This document shows positions 1-12,038 of a stretch of DNA of 64,000 nt, one piece after another. The first letter of the stretch is position 1; each line of letters opens with the position of its first letter. Where the stretch lies: contig NC_086098.1 of assembly GCF_963921235.1 (NCBI RefSeq), positions 242,668,001 through 242,732,000 of the forward strand, read 5' to 3'. The notes under the pieces were generated by a model. The model was not told where the DNA came from. It saw only the letters and a program-made list of their open reading frames with translations, and did not search any database. This DNA is from Mobula hypostoma. Its lineage: Eukaryota. A program made the position numbers and the translations under genes.

Positions 1-590
1 GAGAGTAGGATAATAGAATGAGAGGGATAATAAATCAACCACGATGGAACGACGGAACAGACTCAATGGGCTAAATGGTCTATTTCTGATCCTATATTTA
101 TCGTCTCTTATGGTCTTCTAATGATAGCCAGGTGTGTTGCAGGAAGAGAACGCAGGCCTCTGATCAAAGGCAACACACTCAAAATACCAGAGGAACTCAG
201 CAGGTCAGGCAGCATCCACGGAAGGGAATAAACAGTCAGTGTTTCAGGCCGAGACCCTTCACCAGGACTGGAAAAGAAAGGGGCAAATGCCAGAATAAGA
301 AAGTGGTGGGAGGGGAGGAGTACAAGCTGACAGGTGATAGGTGAGACCAGGTGAGGGGAAGGATGATCAGCATCGTCTGTGTTGCTCTAAATTTCCAGCG
401 TCTGCAGAATCTCTTGTTTTTGAAGGGTTGTGGGAGATGGAAAGGGTTATAGAAACAGGGAAGTAATTCACTTCCTGGTATTCCTGTGACCCTGACTGAC
501 TGCTGACAGTGCCTTCAGAGACCTCTCTCCCTACCTCTCCTCCCCTGCCTGACCTTGAACCTGACCAGCACTGCTTCTCACTGGACTCAC

Positions 591-743
591 CGCATGCTGT
601 GTGCGGACGGCCTCCACGGGGTAGGCACCCTTGGCAGTCTCAGCAGACAGCATAATGCAGTCCGCTCCATCCAGGACGGCGTTGGCCACATCACTGCTCT
701 CTGCACGGGTGGCTCGAGGTCTCTGCACCATACTCTCCAACAT
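591..743 (-). CDS. PKLR: PKLR coding exon 8 in window ([51 protein letters not shown])
   Basis: Acceptor cag at 744-746, donor gtgagt at 590-585; 153 nt, phase 0/0. Confidence 0.95.
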
Positions 744-1195
744 CTGCTGGGGGTTCACATCAGTCAGAGAGGCTGCAGAGTCAGGGTCACTGCCACCCCA
801 CCAATGTCCAAACCATCCCCCTCTAAAACAAGCTCGTCCCAGTGTGTGTACGTGAGAGAGAGAGAGATTGTGTCTGCTGGAGTTTGAATGTGTGTGTGGG
901 AGTTTGTGTGCATGTGCATGTGAGACCCATCCCTAGTGAAGATTTCTATGTGTGTTTGTGTGCATTAGTATTTGTGTGTGGGAGTTTGTGTGTGTGATTT
1001 TCCCCCCGTGAGGGTCACTCTGTGTGTGTTTGTGTGATTTTTCCCCCAGTGAGGGTCACTCTATGTGTGTCTGTGGGAGTTTGTGGGTGTGGGGGAGTTT
1101 GCATGTGAGACCCGTTTCCTAGTGAGGGTCAGTGTGTGTGTGTGTGCGCATGCGTTACTTGCCCCAGTGAGTGTCCCCCCCACTCCAGAACAGAC

Positions 1196-1346
1196 CTGTG
1201 TGGCACAGATGACCGGTTTTCCAGCGTAGTTACATCGGCCAATCATCATTTTTTGAGCCAGAAAGACTTTCTCCGGCGGGATCTCGATCCCCAGGTCGCC
1301 CCGAGCAACCATGATCCCGTCACTGACTTCCAGAATCTCGTCAAAC
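1196..1346 (-). CDS. PKLR: PKLR coding exon 7 ([50 protein letters not shown])
   Basis: AG at 1348-1347, GT at 1195-1194; 151 nt, phase 2/0. Confidence 0.95.
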
Positions 1347-2068
1347 CTGCACACAGAGACTCCGTACTGTGGGGTTGTGACCTTTGCAATCCTCTCCATC
1401 TCAATGAGACCGGTGCAGCCCCTTCACTTACCCCACCCACTAACCCTTGACCCTACACACTGACTTCACCTGTGTTCATATGCTGAATCCCGACCCTACA
1501 TGCTGACATCTGACCTTTCACCTGGCCCTTGAACTATGACCCTATAATCTGACTCTTGACCTCATTCCCTGAACCTTAAATTGCTTCACCAAGTTCACAC
1601 TGACCCCAAATCTCACCCCAATACTCTGACACCTGACCCTGCACATTGAAGCCAATCTCCCACCACAAACCTGGCGTGTTGACCCTGTAAACTACTTCCT
1701 GACCTCGAGCACACACCCCTGACCCTGTAACTCTAACATCTGATTTCTCAACTTGGAAACTGACCCCCAACCCCTGAAACAGGTACTCCAGCCTCTGAAC
1801 CCTGCACTCTGACTCCTAAATCCCACATTCTGACCCTTGAACTCTGGCCGCTTAATCCCATAGACTGACCTAAATCCCACAATGACCCCTAAAATCTGAC
1901 CCCCTGTCCTGCGTTTAGACCCCTGAACCCCATACTCGGACACCTGGACCCTCCCCTCAGGGTCAGAATGCAGTCTTCAGGGGTCAGAGATGGATTTAGG
2001 GTCAAAATCCTGTTCTAATCCCTTAAATCCTGACCCCAGAACCCTGGCTTTTGACCCTGCCCACTTAC

Positions 2069-2339
2069 TGCCGCACTCCTTCGTGATTCTCGATCTTGCT
2101 GATGATCTTGATGTCCTTGCCTTCCTCCCCGAGGATCCGGCGGATGATCCGGACATCCTCTGCCCTCTGGACAAAGGAAGCGAAGACCATATCGATCCCA
2201 AGCTCCAGACCGAAGCGCAGGTCACGGGCATCGCGCTCCGAGACGGCCGGAAGGTCAAGGGCCGCCCCGGGCAGGTTTACGCCCTTCCGGCTGCACAGAA
2301 CCCCTCCGTTCTCCACCTCCGTCAAGCACTGATCTGGCC
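2069..2339 (-). CDS. PKLR: PKLR coding exon 6 ([24 protein letters not shown]...[13 protein letters not shown])
   Basis: Acceptor ttag at 2343-2340, donor gtaagt at 2068-2063; 271 nt, phase 1/2; contains the PK active-site signature KIISKIEN. Confidence 0.95.
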
Positions 2340-2519
2340 CTAAGCAGGCACACAGCCGGTCAAAGGTCAGCTGGACAACCCCTGCCCCACAATCAGCTGC
2401 GGCTCAGTGCACTGTCCCAGAAGGTCAAGGGACAAGCACAAATCCGGAGACTGTTTAATACAGACAAATAATGCAAGATAATTATGTTCAGTTCTGGTTC
2501 CCTCATTATAGGAAGGATG

Positions 2520-4260
2520 TGAAAGCTTTTAGAAACACAGAAAACCTACAGCATAATACAGGCCCTTCGGCCCACAAAGCTGTGCTGAACATGCTTTTAC
2601 CTTAGAAATTACCTTGGGTTACCCTTAGCCCTCTATTTTTCTGCGCTTCACATACCTGTCCAGGAGTCTCTTAAAAGACCCTATCGTATCCGCCACCACC
2701 ATTGTCACCGGCAGCCCATTCCATGTACTCACCACTCTCTGCGTAAAAAACTTACCCCTGACATCTCCTCTATACCTACTTCCAAGCACCTTAAAACTGT
2801 GCCCTCTCTTGCTAGCCATTTCAGCCCTGGGAAGAAGCCTCTGACTATCCACATGATCAATGTCTCTCATCATCTTATACACCTCTATCAGGTCACCTCT
2901 CATCCTTTGTCGCTCCAAGGAAAAAAAGGCTGAGTTCATTCAACCTATTCTCATAAGGCATGCTCCCCAATCCAGGCAACATCCTTGTAAATCTCCTCTG
3001 CACCCTTCCTATGGTTTCCACGTCCTTCCTGTAGTGAGGCGACCAGAACTGAGCACAGTACTCCAAGGACCAGGGTCCTGTATAGCTGCAACATTACCTC
3101 TCGGCTCTTAAACTCAATCCCACGATTGATGAAGGTCAATGCACCGTATGCTTTCTTAATCACAGAGTCAACCTGCGCAGCAGCTTTGAGTGTTCTATGG
3201 ACACACACCCCAAGATCCCTCTGATCCTCCACACTGCCAAGAGTCTTACCATTAATACTATATTCTGCCATCATATTTGACCTACCAAAATGAACCACCT
3301 CACACTTATCTGGGCTGAACTCCATCTGCCACTTCTCAGCCCAGTTTTGCATCCTATCAATGTCTCGCTGTAACCTCTGACAACCCTCCACACTATCCAC
3401 AACACCCCCAACCTCTGTGTCATCAGCAAATTTATGAGCCCATCCCTCCACTTCCTCATCCAGGTCATTTAAAAAAATCATGAAGAGTAGGGGTCCCTGA
3501 GGCACACCACTGGTGACTAACGTCCGTGCAGAATATGACCCGTCTATAACCACGCTTTGCCTTGTGTGGGCAAGCCAATTCCAAGCAATGTCCCCTTGAA
3601 TCCCATTCCTCCTTACTTTCTCAATAGACCTTGCATGGGGTACCTTGTCAAAAGCCTTGCTGAAATCCATATACACCACGTCTACTGCTCTACCTTCATC
3701 AATGTGTTTAGTCACATCCTGAAAAAATCCAATCAGGCTCGTGAGGCACGACCTGCCTTTGACAAAGCCACGCTGACTATTCCTAATCATATTATGCCTC
3801 TCCAAATGTTCATAAATCCTGCCTCTCAGGATCTTTTCCATCAACTTACCAATCACTGAAGTAAGCCTCCTGGTCTATAATTTCCCGAGCTATCTCTACT
3901 CCCTTTCTTGAATAATAGAACAACATCTGCAACCCTCCGATCCTCCGGAACCTCTCCCATCCCAATTGATGATGCAAAGATTATTGCCAGAGGCTCAGTA
4001 ATCTCCTTCCTCGCCTCCCATAGTAACCTAGGGTACAGCTCTTCCAGTCCCGGTGACTTATCCAACTTGATACTTTCCAAAAGCACATCATCTTTTTTAA
4101 TATCTACATGCTCAAGCATTTCAGTCTGCTGTAATTCATCCCTACAATTGCCAAGATCCTTTTCCGTAGTGAATACTGAAGCAAAGTACTCATTAAGCAC
4201 CTCTGCTATCTCCTCCAGTTCCATACACACTTTTCCACTGTCACACTTGATTGGTCCTAT
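2520..4260 (-). mobile_element. CR1-type LINE 3' part (degenerate RT)
   Basis: ORFs with YMDFSKAFDKVPH, SGVPQG, KFADDT, FFTQRVV..WN.LP. An oppositely oriented CR1 piece abuts at 4255-4720. Confidence 0.9.
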
Positions 4261-5112
4261 TGAGAGGGTGCAGCGGAGATTTACCAGGAGGCTGCCTGGA
4301 TTAGACAGCATGGCTGATGAGGAAAGGTTGAGCGAACTAGGGATTTTATCTTTGGAGAGAAGGAGGCTGAGAGGTGACTTGGTAAATGTGTACAAGATGA
4401 TAAGAGGCATATATCAAATGAGTAGCCAGAGACCTTTCCCAGGATGGAAATAGACCAGAAGACATCCTTTTAAGGTGATTGGTGGAAAGTAGGAGGGGGT
4501 GGCAGATGTAGTTTCTTTTAAAACAGAGAGTAGTAAGTGCATTGAACAGGCTGCCGGGGGTGGGGGGTAGAGGCAGATACATTAAGGACATTAAGATAGG
4601 CACATGGATGAAAGAAAAATGGTGGGCTATGTGGGAGGGAAGGGTTAAATTGATCACTGAGTAGATTAAAAGGTCAGCACAACATCATGGACCGAAGGGC
4701 CTGTACTGTTCTATAAAGTTGCTAAACGTATTGAACATGGAAGATATTGGTAGTGATGTGTTTTGCCTGAAAATCTAATGGAGCGTTACAAAGTTATGAA
4801 GTGGGGCGAAAGAGGGCATGGGTGGGGGAAGAGGAGAGGTGTGGTAAGGAGGAGGTTGTCTGGAGGGGTGTGGGGGTAGATGGGGGAGAGAATGTGAGGG
4901 AAAGGAGATGGGAGGGGAGATGCAGGGGAGATGAGAAAGAATGGAAGAAGAGTGGTGTGAGGGAGAGGAGTGTGGCAGGGTAGAGGGAAGGGGAGGGGAA
5001 GGAGGAGGAGGGAGCTTTGGGGGAGAGGAGAAGGGGAGGAGGTGGATGCTTGGGGGAGAGAGAAGGGGGGGAAGGAGAGGAGGAGGAAGAGAAGGAAGAA
5101 GGGAGGTCCTAC

Positions 5113-5299
5113 CAATCTCCTTGATGAGCAGCGAGATGAGCCCGTCATCCAGGAAGATCTTCCCTCCGACACTAACCACCTGCGGGAGGTTGGCGTAGTC
5201 CACGAAGATAATACTCTTGTCACATTGTTCCTCGAAGCTGCGGTCAGTGGTGACTGTGACCTCCGACCCCTTCACCAGCTCAACCTGCCCCGACTCGCT
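5113..5299 (-). CDS. PKLR: PKLR coding exon 5 (SESGQVELVKGSEVTVTTD...KIFLDDGLISLLIKEI)
   Basis: Acceptor cacag, donor gtagg at 5112; 187 nt, phase 0/1; B-domain DDGLI motif. Confidence 0.95.
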
Positions 5300-5961
5300 C
5301 TGTGTGACCCAAGACCAGGAGGTGGGTGGATCCAGCCAATATCAGTGTCCCGACCCTTGACCAACCTCCCCCAACACTACCACCTGAACCGTGACCCCTG
5401 AACCCGGCACCTGACAATGTTATCCCACCCAAACTCTCAACACTTGTACCTGACCCCTCAACCCCCAATACCAGTTCCCTTACATGAAACCAAGATCCCA
5501 TCATGTAACCCACTCCCTGAGATCTCTTATTCCATACACAAATCCTCCTGTACCCCCAGATTAAATCCCGGCCTATAACTCAATCCCAGGGATCTGTTAT
5601 TCTATATATAAACCCCCTGAACCCTTGGATTAGACATCGGCTTTAACTCACTTCCAGAGATCAGTTATTCTATATACATAGCCCCTGACTTCCATATTAT
5701 ATTGCACCTCTTGATTTCACTCCATCAATCGATCAGTTGATCCCAATCCTTCCCAGCCAATCCCCAAATCCGTGAATGGATGTGCAGGGCATAGGAGAAA
5801 CCCAGAGATCCACAAGCCTGTGTATTGAATCCTCAGCCTCCAATGTCCAGTCTGAGAGAGCTGGACCCCTGGTCCTAGACCTATGTGGTGGGCCAGCCTC
5901 AGTTGGGTCAGGCGACCATTAACTCCACACTCTGTCCCCCCCCCCCCCAATGGTCACTCAC

Positions 5962-6093
5962 CCCTCTGACGAGTCCAGTACGGATTTCGGGTCCCTTGGT
6001 GTCGAGGGCGATGCCCACTGTCCTGTGGTACAAGGGGCTTGAGGAGAAGCTCTTCAGAGCCTGTCGCAGATTGTTGACAGTGGTGGTATGGTA
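5962..6093 (-). CDS. PKLR: PKLR coding exon 4 (YHTTTVNNLRQALKSFSSSPLYHRTVGIALDTKGPEIRTGLVRG)
   Basis: AG at 6095-6094, donor gtgagt at 5961-5956; 132 nt, phase 0/0. Not present in the ORF track in this frame; translated by hand. Confidence 0.95.
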
Positions 6094-6834
6094 CTGCGGT
6101 CAAGGGGCAAGAGGAGTAGAGAGTCAGATTGACGCAAAGTGACAGGTTGGTCAGTGGGGTGAGGAGTACTCTACTACGTCCCCATCACTCTCCCACCCAG
6201 CCAGAGCCAACGGGAGGGAGGCAAAGTTAGCTGAAGTGGGAGAGGATCATTGGGATCCAAAGATGCAGGGCCCTCAGCGTTGTCAATAAGCCCTCCCATC
6301 TGTCTAACGAACTCTTTGACCACCTACCATCGGGGAAGTACCACAGCATCACAGCAAGAACTGTTAGGATGGGAAACAGCTTCTTCCCATGGGTTGTGAG
6401 ACTACTGAACTGCCTGATACCACCCACGTCTCATCACGTATAAAGTGTTGTACTGTTTACTCTTTAAAGTTGTGTCGTAAATGCTCCTTATTATTTGTTT
6501 ATTTACTAGTGATAATATTACTGTATGTGTTAGGTGTGAGAGTTAGGTACTGTGTTGTGTCCAGAGGAACATTGTTTCGTTTGGCGGTATGTTGTGTACA
6601 GTTGAATGACAATATACTGAACTTTAACTTGAACTGGGGAGGGGTTTAATCTTTGCCCTGAACCAATTCACACATTCCCCTTCTCCCAAGAAGGGACAGG
6701 GGACATCAGAAATTGCAGAAAACAGCCTTCCCTCCATTAACTCCAACTGAAATTCCCATTGTCTAGGAAAACACTCAATATAAATCAGGGAAACATACAC
6801 AAGATGCTACAGGAACTCAGCAAGTCAGTCAGCA

Positions 6835-7315
6835 TCTTTATACTTTATACTTTATTGTCGCCAAACAATTGAGACTAGAGCGTAGAATCATCACAGTGAT
6901 ATTTGATTCTGCTCTTCGTGCTCCCTGGAGTACAAATCTATAGTAAATATTAAAAATTTAAATTATAAATCATAAATAGAAAATAGAAAAGGGGAAGTAA
7001 GGTAGTGCAAAAAAACCGAGAGGCAGGTCCGGATATTTGGAGGGTACGGCCCAGATCCGGGTCAGGATCCGTTCAGCAGTCTTATGGAAAGAAGATGTTC
7101 CCAAATCTGGCCGTACGAGTCTTCAAGTTCCTGAGCCTTCTCCCGGAGGGAAGAGGGACGAAAAGTGTGTTGGCTGGGTGGGTCGTGTCCTTGATTATCC
7201 TGGCAGCACTGCTCCGACAGTGTGCGGTGTAAAGTGAGTCCAAGGATGGAAGATCGGTTTGTGGGATGTGCTGTGCCATGTTCACAATCTTCTGCAGCTT
7301 CTTCCGGTCTTCGGA
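6835..7315 (-). mobile_element. Rex1/Babar-type LINE 3' end
   Basis: DTTHPANTLFVPLPSGRRLR; highly similar by eye to the 48726-49403 copy. Confidence 0.8.
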
Positions 7316-8008
7316 CAGTGGAGAGGAATAGAATGTTGGCCTGAAACATTGTCTCTTTATTCCTCTCCATAGATGTTGCCTGACCTGCTGAGTTCCACCA
7401 GCATTTTGTGTGTGTTACTCCGGATTTCCAGCATCTGCAGAATTTCTTGTGCTTACAATATAGTCGGGGACCCCTCCCGCCCACCCCAGACATTCTCTCT
7501 TGTCCCCTCTCCCATCAGACGGAAGATACAAAAGCCTGAAAGCATGAACCACCAGGCTCAAGGACAGCTTCTATCCCACTGTTATCAGACTGTTAATGGG
7601 CCTCTCACCCTAAAGATGAATTCTTATCCTCTCTATCTACTTCATCATGGCTCCTGCACTTTGTCTGTCTGTATCTGTAACACTCTATTCTGTATTCTGG
7701 CACTGCTTTTCGCTTTGTACTACGTCTATGTACGGAGGTTTGCAATCGTCTGTTTGGATGGCAAACAAATGTTTTCCATGCTATCTCAATATACATGGCA
7801 ATAAGAGGCTAATTACTAATATCATTGATTCCTTCACTGGGGTAACCTTTGCTTTCGATTCAGTTCACTGGTCCTCCAACTCTTGAAAATGGACCCCTCC
7901 CCACTTTTGGGGGCGGAGGGTGGAGTTGTTCAGCAGGGGAGGTTGGAGTGTGAACAGGATTACTGGGGTTTCAAGGCTGAGGAGGGGGTGGTGGATTTTG
8001 TGTCTCAC

Positions 8009-8100
8009 CTGGTGCGTCCCATGGGAGAAGTTGAGGCGCACGATATTCATGCCAGCTTTCACCATCTCCTTCAGCGTTTCCACCGTTTGGGATGCTGGCC
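8009..8100 (-). CDS. PKLR: PKLR coding exon 3 ([30 protein letters not shown])
   Basis: AG at 8102-8101, donor gtgaga at 8008; 92 nt, phase 1/0. Confidence 0.95.
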
Positions 8101-8339
8101 CTGCAATCCAGAGGGAGAGAGGAAGAGAGGGGGAGGGGTGGGGGGAGAGAGAGAGATTGATTGATTCAGACTGGTATGGTACAGTCCAGAGACGGGCTAG
8201 TACCAGCTATGATCAGAGAATGGCCAACCCCGGAATACCACCATTCCCTCTGGCTGTTCCACCCTGGAATAAAGGTCGTTCTACCAGAAACGCAGAGAAC
8301 AGGAGGCACACATGCCTTCCTCATTCAGAGCATCGAGTA

Positions 8340-9090
8340 GAAGAGTCAGGAAGTCCTTGGGTTGGTTTCACTTGGAGGATTGTGAGCAATTCTGGTCACC
8401 CCATTACAGAAAGGATGTGGAGGCTTTGGAGAAGTTCACCAGGATGCTGCCAGCGATAGTGCTGGAAGCAGATTCAGTTACTGGTGTTCAGGAGGCTGTT
8501 AGATAGACACTTAAATTGTTTTCGGTTCTGGTCGTCTCGCTATAGGAAGAAATGAGAAGCTTTAGAGAGGATGCAGAGGGGATTTACCAGGGTACCGCCC
8601 AGATTACCGCAACTGTAACAAAAATTGATCCCCCTGGGATCAATAAAGTATGACTATGACTATTAGAGAGCATATCTTATGAGGATAGGTTGAGCGAGCT
8701 AGGGCTTTTCTCTTTGGAGCGAAGGAAGACGAAAGGTGACTTGATTAAGGTGTATAAGACAATAAGAGGCATTGACAGAGCAGACCACCGGAGATCTTTT
8801 CCCATGGTGGAAATTATGAGGGGCCATAATTTTAAAGTGATTGGAGGAAAGTATAGTGGGGATGTCAAGGGTAAGTTTTTTTTCGCACAGAGAGTGGGTG
8901 TGTGGAACACGCCACCAGGAATGGTGATAGAAACTCATACATTAGGGACATATAGGAGATTCTTGGGCAGGCAAAGAGATGCAAAAAAAATGGTTATAGG
9001 CTTTGTAAGAGGGAAGGGTTAAATTGATCTATGTCAGTACACTATCGTGGGCTGAAAGCTTTGTTCTTGTGCACTACTGTTTTATGTTCA
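8340..9090 (+). mobile_element. CR1 3' fragments
   Basis: LGLFSLERR..GDLI.VYK and FF.QRV..WN motifs. Confidence 0.8.
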
Positions 9091-9400
9091 TCCGATGTGG
9101 CTTCTCAGGACCACGCTCCCACCCCTCTCTCCTTGGTGGGAGTGCGGGAGGAACACAAGGAGAATGGGTTACCATAAATTAGAAAAGTATGCAAAAAGAG
9201 AGAGAGGAGGGAGGGGGGTGAGGGGGGAAGAAGGGGGAGAGAGGAGAGGGGGAGGGCTGGGTTCCATACAAAGCAAGCTCGGATCCTTCTTACACCAGGG
9301 CAGGACCACTGGCCTGAGAGGCCATATGTAGCTCCTGTTCATTCCTCCCACTGCTACTGCTCCACCCTCCACAGTCCGATCCTGGGCCCCAGCAGCTTAC

Positions 9401-9592
9401 CGATGGTGCAGATGATGCTGGTGTTGCGGGCGCTGGTGGGCTCGGAGTCGATGTCCAGCAGGCACAGGTGCTCCAGGAAACTGGTGGCCAGCTCGGCCCT
9501 CAGCTGCTGCCGCTGCACGAAGGCCGTTCCCATCTCCTGGAAGAGCTGGTCCCGGCTGCCCCAGGCCTCTCCGCTGAAACGCCGGCCAGACT
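9401..9592 (-). CDS. PKLR: PKLR coding exon 2 ([63 protein letters not shown])
   Basis: Acceptor tgttgcag at 9600-9593, donor gtaagc at 9400; 192 nt, phase 1/1. Confidence 0.93.
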
Positions 9593-9639
9593 CTGCAACA
9601 CAAAACATATGGAGCATCTCAAAGGGTCAGGTCTTTTAT

Positions 9640-9975
9640 AAAGATTAAAGAAATTAATTTATTTGTCTTTATTTGTCCCATGTACGAAGAAACATACAAT
9701 GAAATGCGACATTTTGCATTAAAAGCCAACAGCAAAAAAAAGTGCTAGGGGCAGCTCGCAAGTGTCACCATGCTTCCAACGCCAACACATCAAGCCACAA
9801 CTCAGTAACCCTAAAATGTACATCTTTTTGGACTGTGGGGGGAAACCAGAGCACCTGCGGGAAACCCACGTGGTCACGGGGAGAACATACAAACTCCTTA
9901 CAGACAGCCCCGAGAATTGAACCCCAATCGGTGAGCACTGGTGCTAATGATTATACTAACCACTACGCTACTGAG
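9640..9975 (-). mobile_element. SINE-like repeat (related copies at about 29340-29580, 32470-32700, 41040-41230, 50100-50280)
   Basis: Shared core ggaaaccagagcacc..gaaacccac..ggtcac.gggagaac.tacaaactccttacag. Confidence 0.6.
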
Positions 9976-10894
9976 TCACAATCAATGGAGGAAAGGGCAG
10001 GGGAGGTGAAGATCCAAACAATACATTGACAGCAAGGATGTTTGGAGTTTTCAGTGGGGTGAATGAGTTTAATACAGAGAAGCCTGACTCATGAAAAAGA
10101 TCCAAAGGCAAACCATCAACTAAACGGAGAGAATGCCGGTGAAGTGGTAGAATTGGTTTATTAGATAGATAGATTGACATACTTTATTGATCCTTGTCAC
10201 ATGAACCAAAATACAGTGAAAACCTTGTCTTGCTTACTGTTTAAATAGATCTAATCAATACACAGTGCATTGAGCTAGAGTAAGGTAAAACAAAAACAAT
10301 GCCAAATAAAGTGTAAAATCCACAGAAAGAGTGCAGTGCAGGTAAATGATAAAGCGCAAGATCATAACAAGGCCACAAGGAGTCCATCTTATCATACAAG
10401 AGGTCCCTCCAAGAGTCTGGTAACAGTGGGATGGGACAGAAGCTGCCCTTGAGGTAGTACTTTGCTTCCAGGCAATTGTATCTTCTGCCCGATGTGAGAA
10501 GGGAGAAGATTGAGGTGCTCTAGTGCAGAGTTAGCAAGCAGGGGAAGCTAGTGGTGAGGAAGGCAGACTTGACTGTCGAAGAAGGTTTTTGAAAGGGTAC
10601 AGGTTACAGTCGCGCAGGGTGTTGGTCAGGGATAGGATCTAATTGCTTCTTGAATCCAGTCGACCAAGTCACCATGGATTCCTCATGCCTCAATCTTCTG
10701 GATTAAGGTGTCATGAAAGACCTTGTTGAATTAAAGAAATTAATGGTATGTTTCTGAAAAATTGGAGGGTTGAGGACAAAGGGAACAGGTATAGGAGATA
10801 TGAGACAATTGTATAGAGTGGCAAGGCAGGCTTGAGGGACTGAGTGGCTATTTTCTAGTGTTCTTCGAAGGAAAGCTGTTCTTTGCCTGTGAGG

Positions 10895-11463
10895 TTGGGA
10901 GGGGATTAGAGTTACACTGTAGGTGGGGGGGGGGATTAGAGTTACACTGTAGGTGGGGGAGGATTAGAGTTACACTGTAGGTGGGGGGGAATTAGAGTTA
11001 CACTGTAGGTGGGGGGGAATTAGAGTTACACTGTAGGTGGGGGAGGATTAGAGTTACACTGTAGGTGGGGGAGGATTAGAGTTACACTGTAGGTGGAAGG
11101 GGGGGATTAGAGTTACACTGTAGGTGGGGGGGGATTAGAGTTACACTGTAGGTGGGGGAGGATTAGAGGTACACTGTAGGTGGGGGAGGATTAGAGTTAC
11201 ACTGTAGGTGGGGGAGGATTAGAGTTACACTGTAGGTGGAAGGGGGGGATTAGAGTTACACTGTAGGTGGGGGGGGATTAGAGTTACACTGTAGGTGGGG
11301 GAGGATTAGAGGTACACTGTAGGTGGGGGGGATTAGAGTTACACTGTAGGTGGGGGAGGATTAGAGTTACACTGTAGGTGGAAGGGGGGGATTAGAGTTA
11401 CACTGTAGGTGGGGGGGATTAGAGTTACACTGTAGGTGGGGGGGGATTAGAGTTACACTGTAG
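10895..11463 (+). repeat. G-rich minisatellite, about 28-bp unit (gattagagttacactgtaggtgggggag), 20 copies
   Basis: Counted directly; unit length varies with the G-run. Confidence 0.95.
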
Positions 11464-12038
11464 ATTTGTGGTTGCTGAAATCATGGGGGTTGGTTTGGTG
11501 GGCAGATTTTGGGATTGAAGATGGGAGAGTGAAAGATTTCTGTAGTTAGACAATTGGGAGAGGGTATTAGGAAGTCAGAAGAGCAAAGAGAAAGAAAAAA
11601 AATTGAAGAGTGAGGGAGGGAGAGAAAGACCATAAGACATAGGAACAGAATTAGACCGTACAGTCCATCTACTCTGCTCCTCATTCTATCACGGCTGATT
11701 TATTTTCCCTCTCAACCCCATTTTCCTGCCTTCTCCTCGTAACCTACAAGGACCCATCAACTCCGCTTCAAATATACCTCGTGACTTGGCCTCCAAAGAC
11801 GTCCGGGCAATGACTTCCACAGATTCATCCACTCTCTGGCTGAAGAAATTCCTCTATATCTCTGCTCTGAAGGAACATCCTTCTATTCAGAGGCTGGGCC
11901 CTCTGATTGTAGACTCATTTTGGAAAGTTAGAGGAAATGAGAGAGGGAGAGAAGGAGGATAAGAGAGGAGGGGAGAGAGAGAGAGAACGAGAACCCCAGA
12001 AATTCTTCTCGAGCCCTTTTCCATCTCTCTCTTGAAAT

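Noticed and set aside
230-275. Other hammerhead-like copies (here on the minus strand; also 19865-19930, 44885-44920, 61945-61975)
   Set aside because: Core nucleotides are mutated or deleted (CTGGTGA, CCGATGA, GAGA, or missing CUGAnGA).
591-9592. Assignment as PKM or as a PK pseudogene
   Set aside because: The N-terminus, micro-exon and synteny fit PKLR; all exons are open with canonical splice sites.
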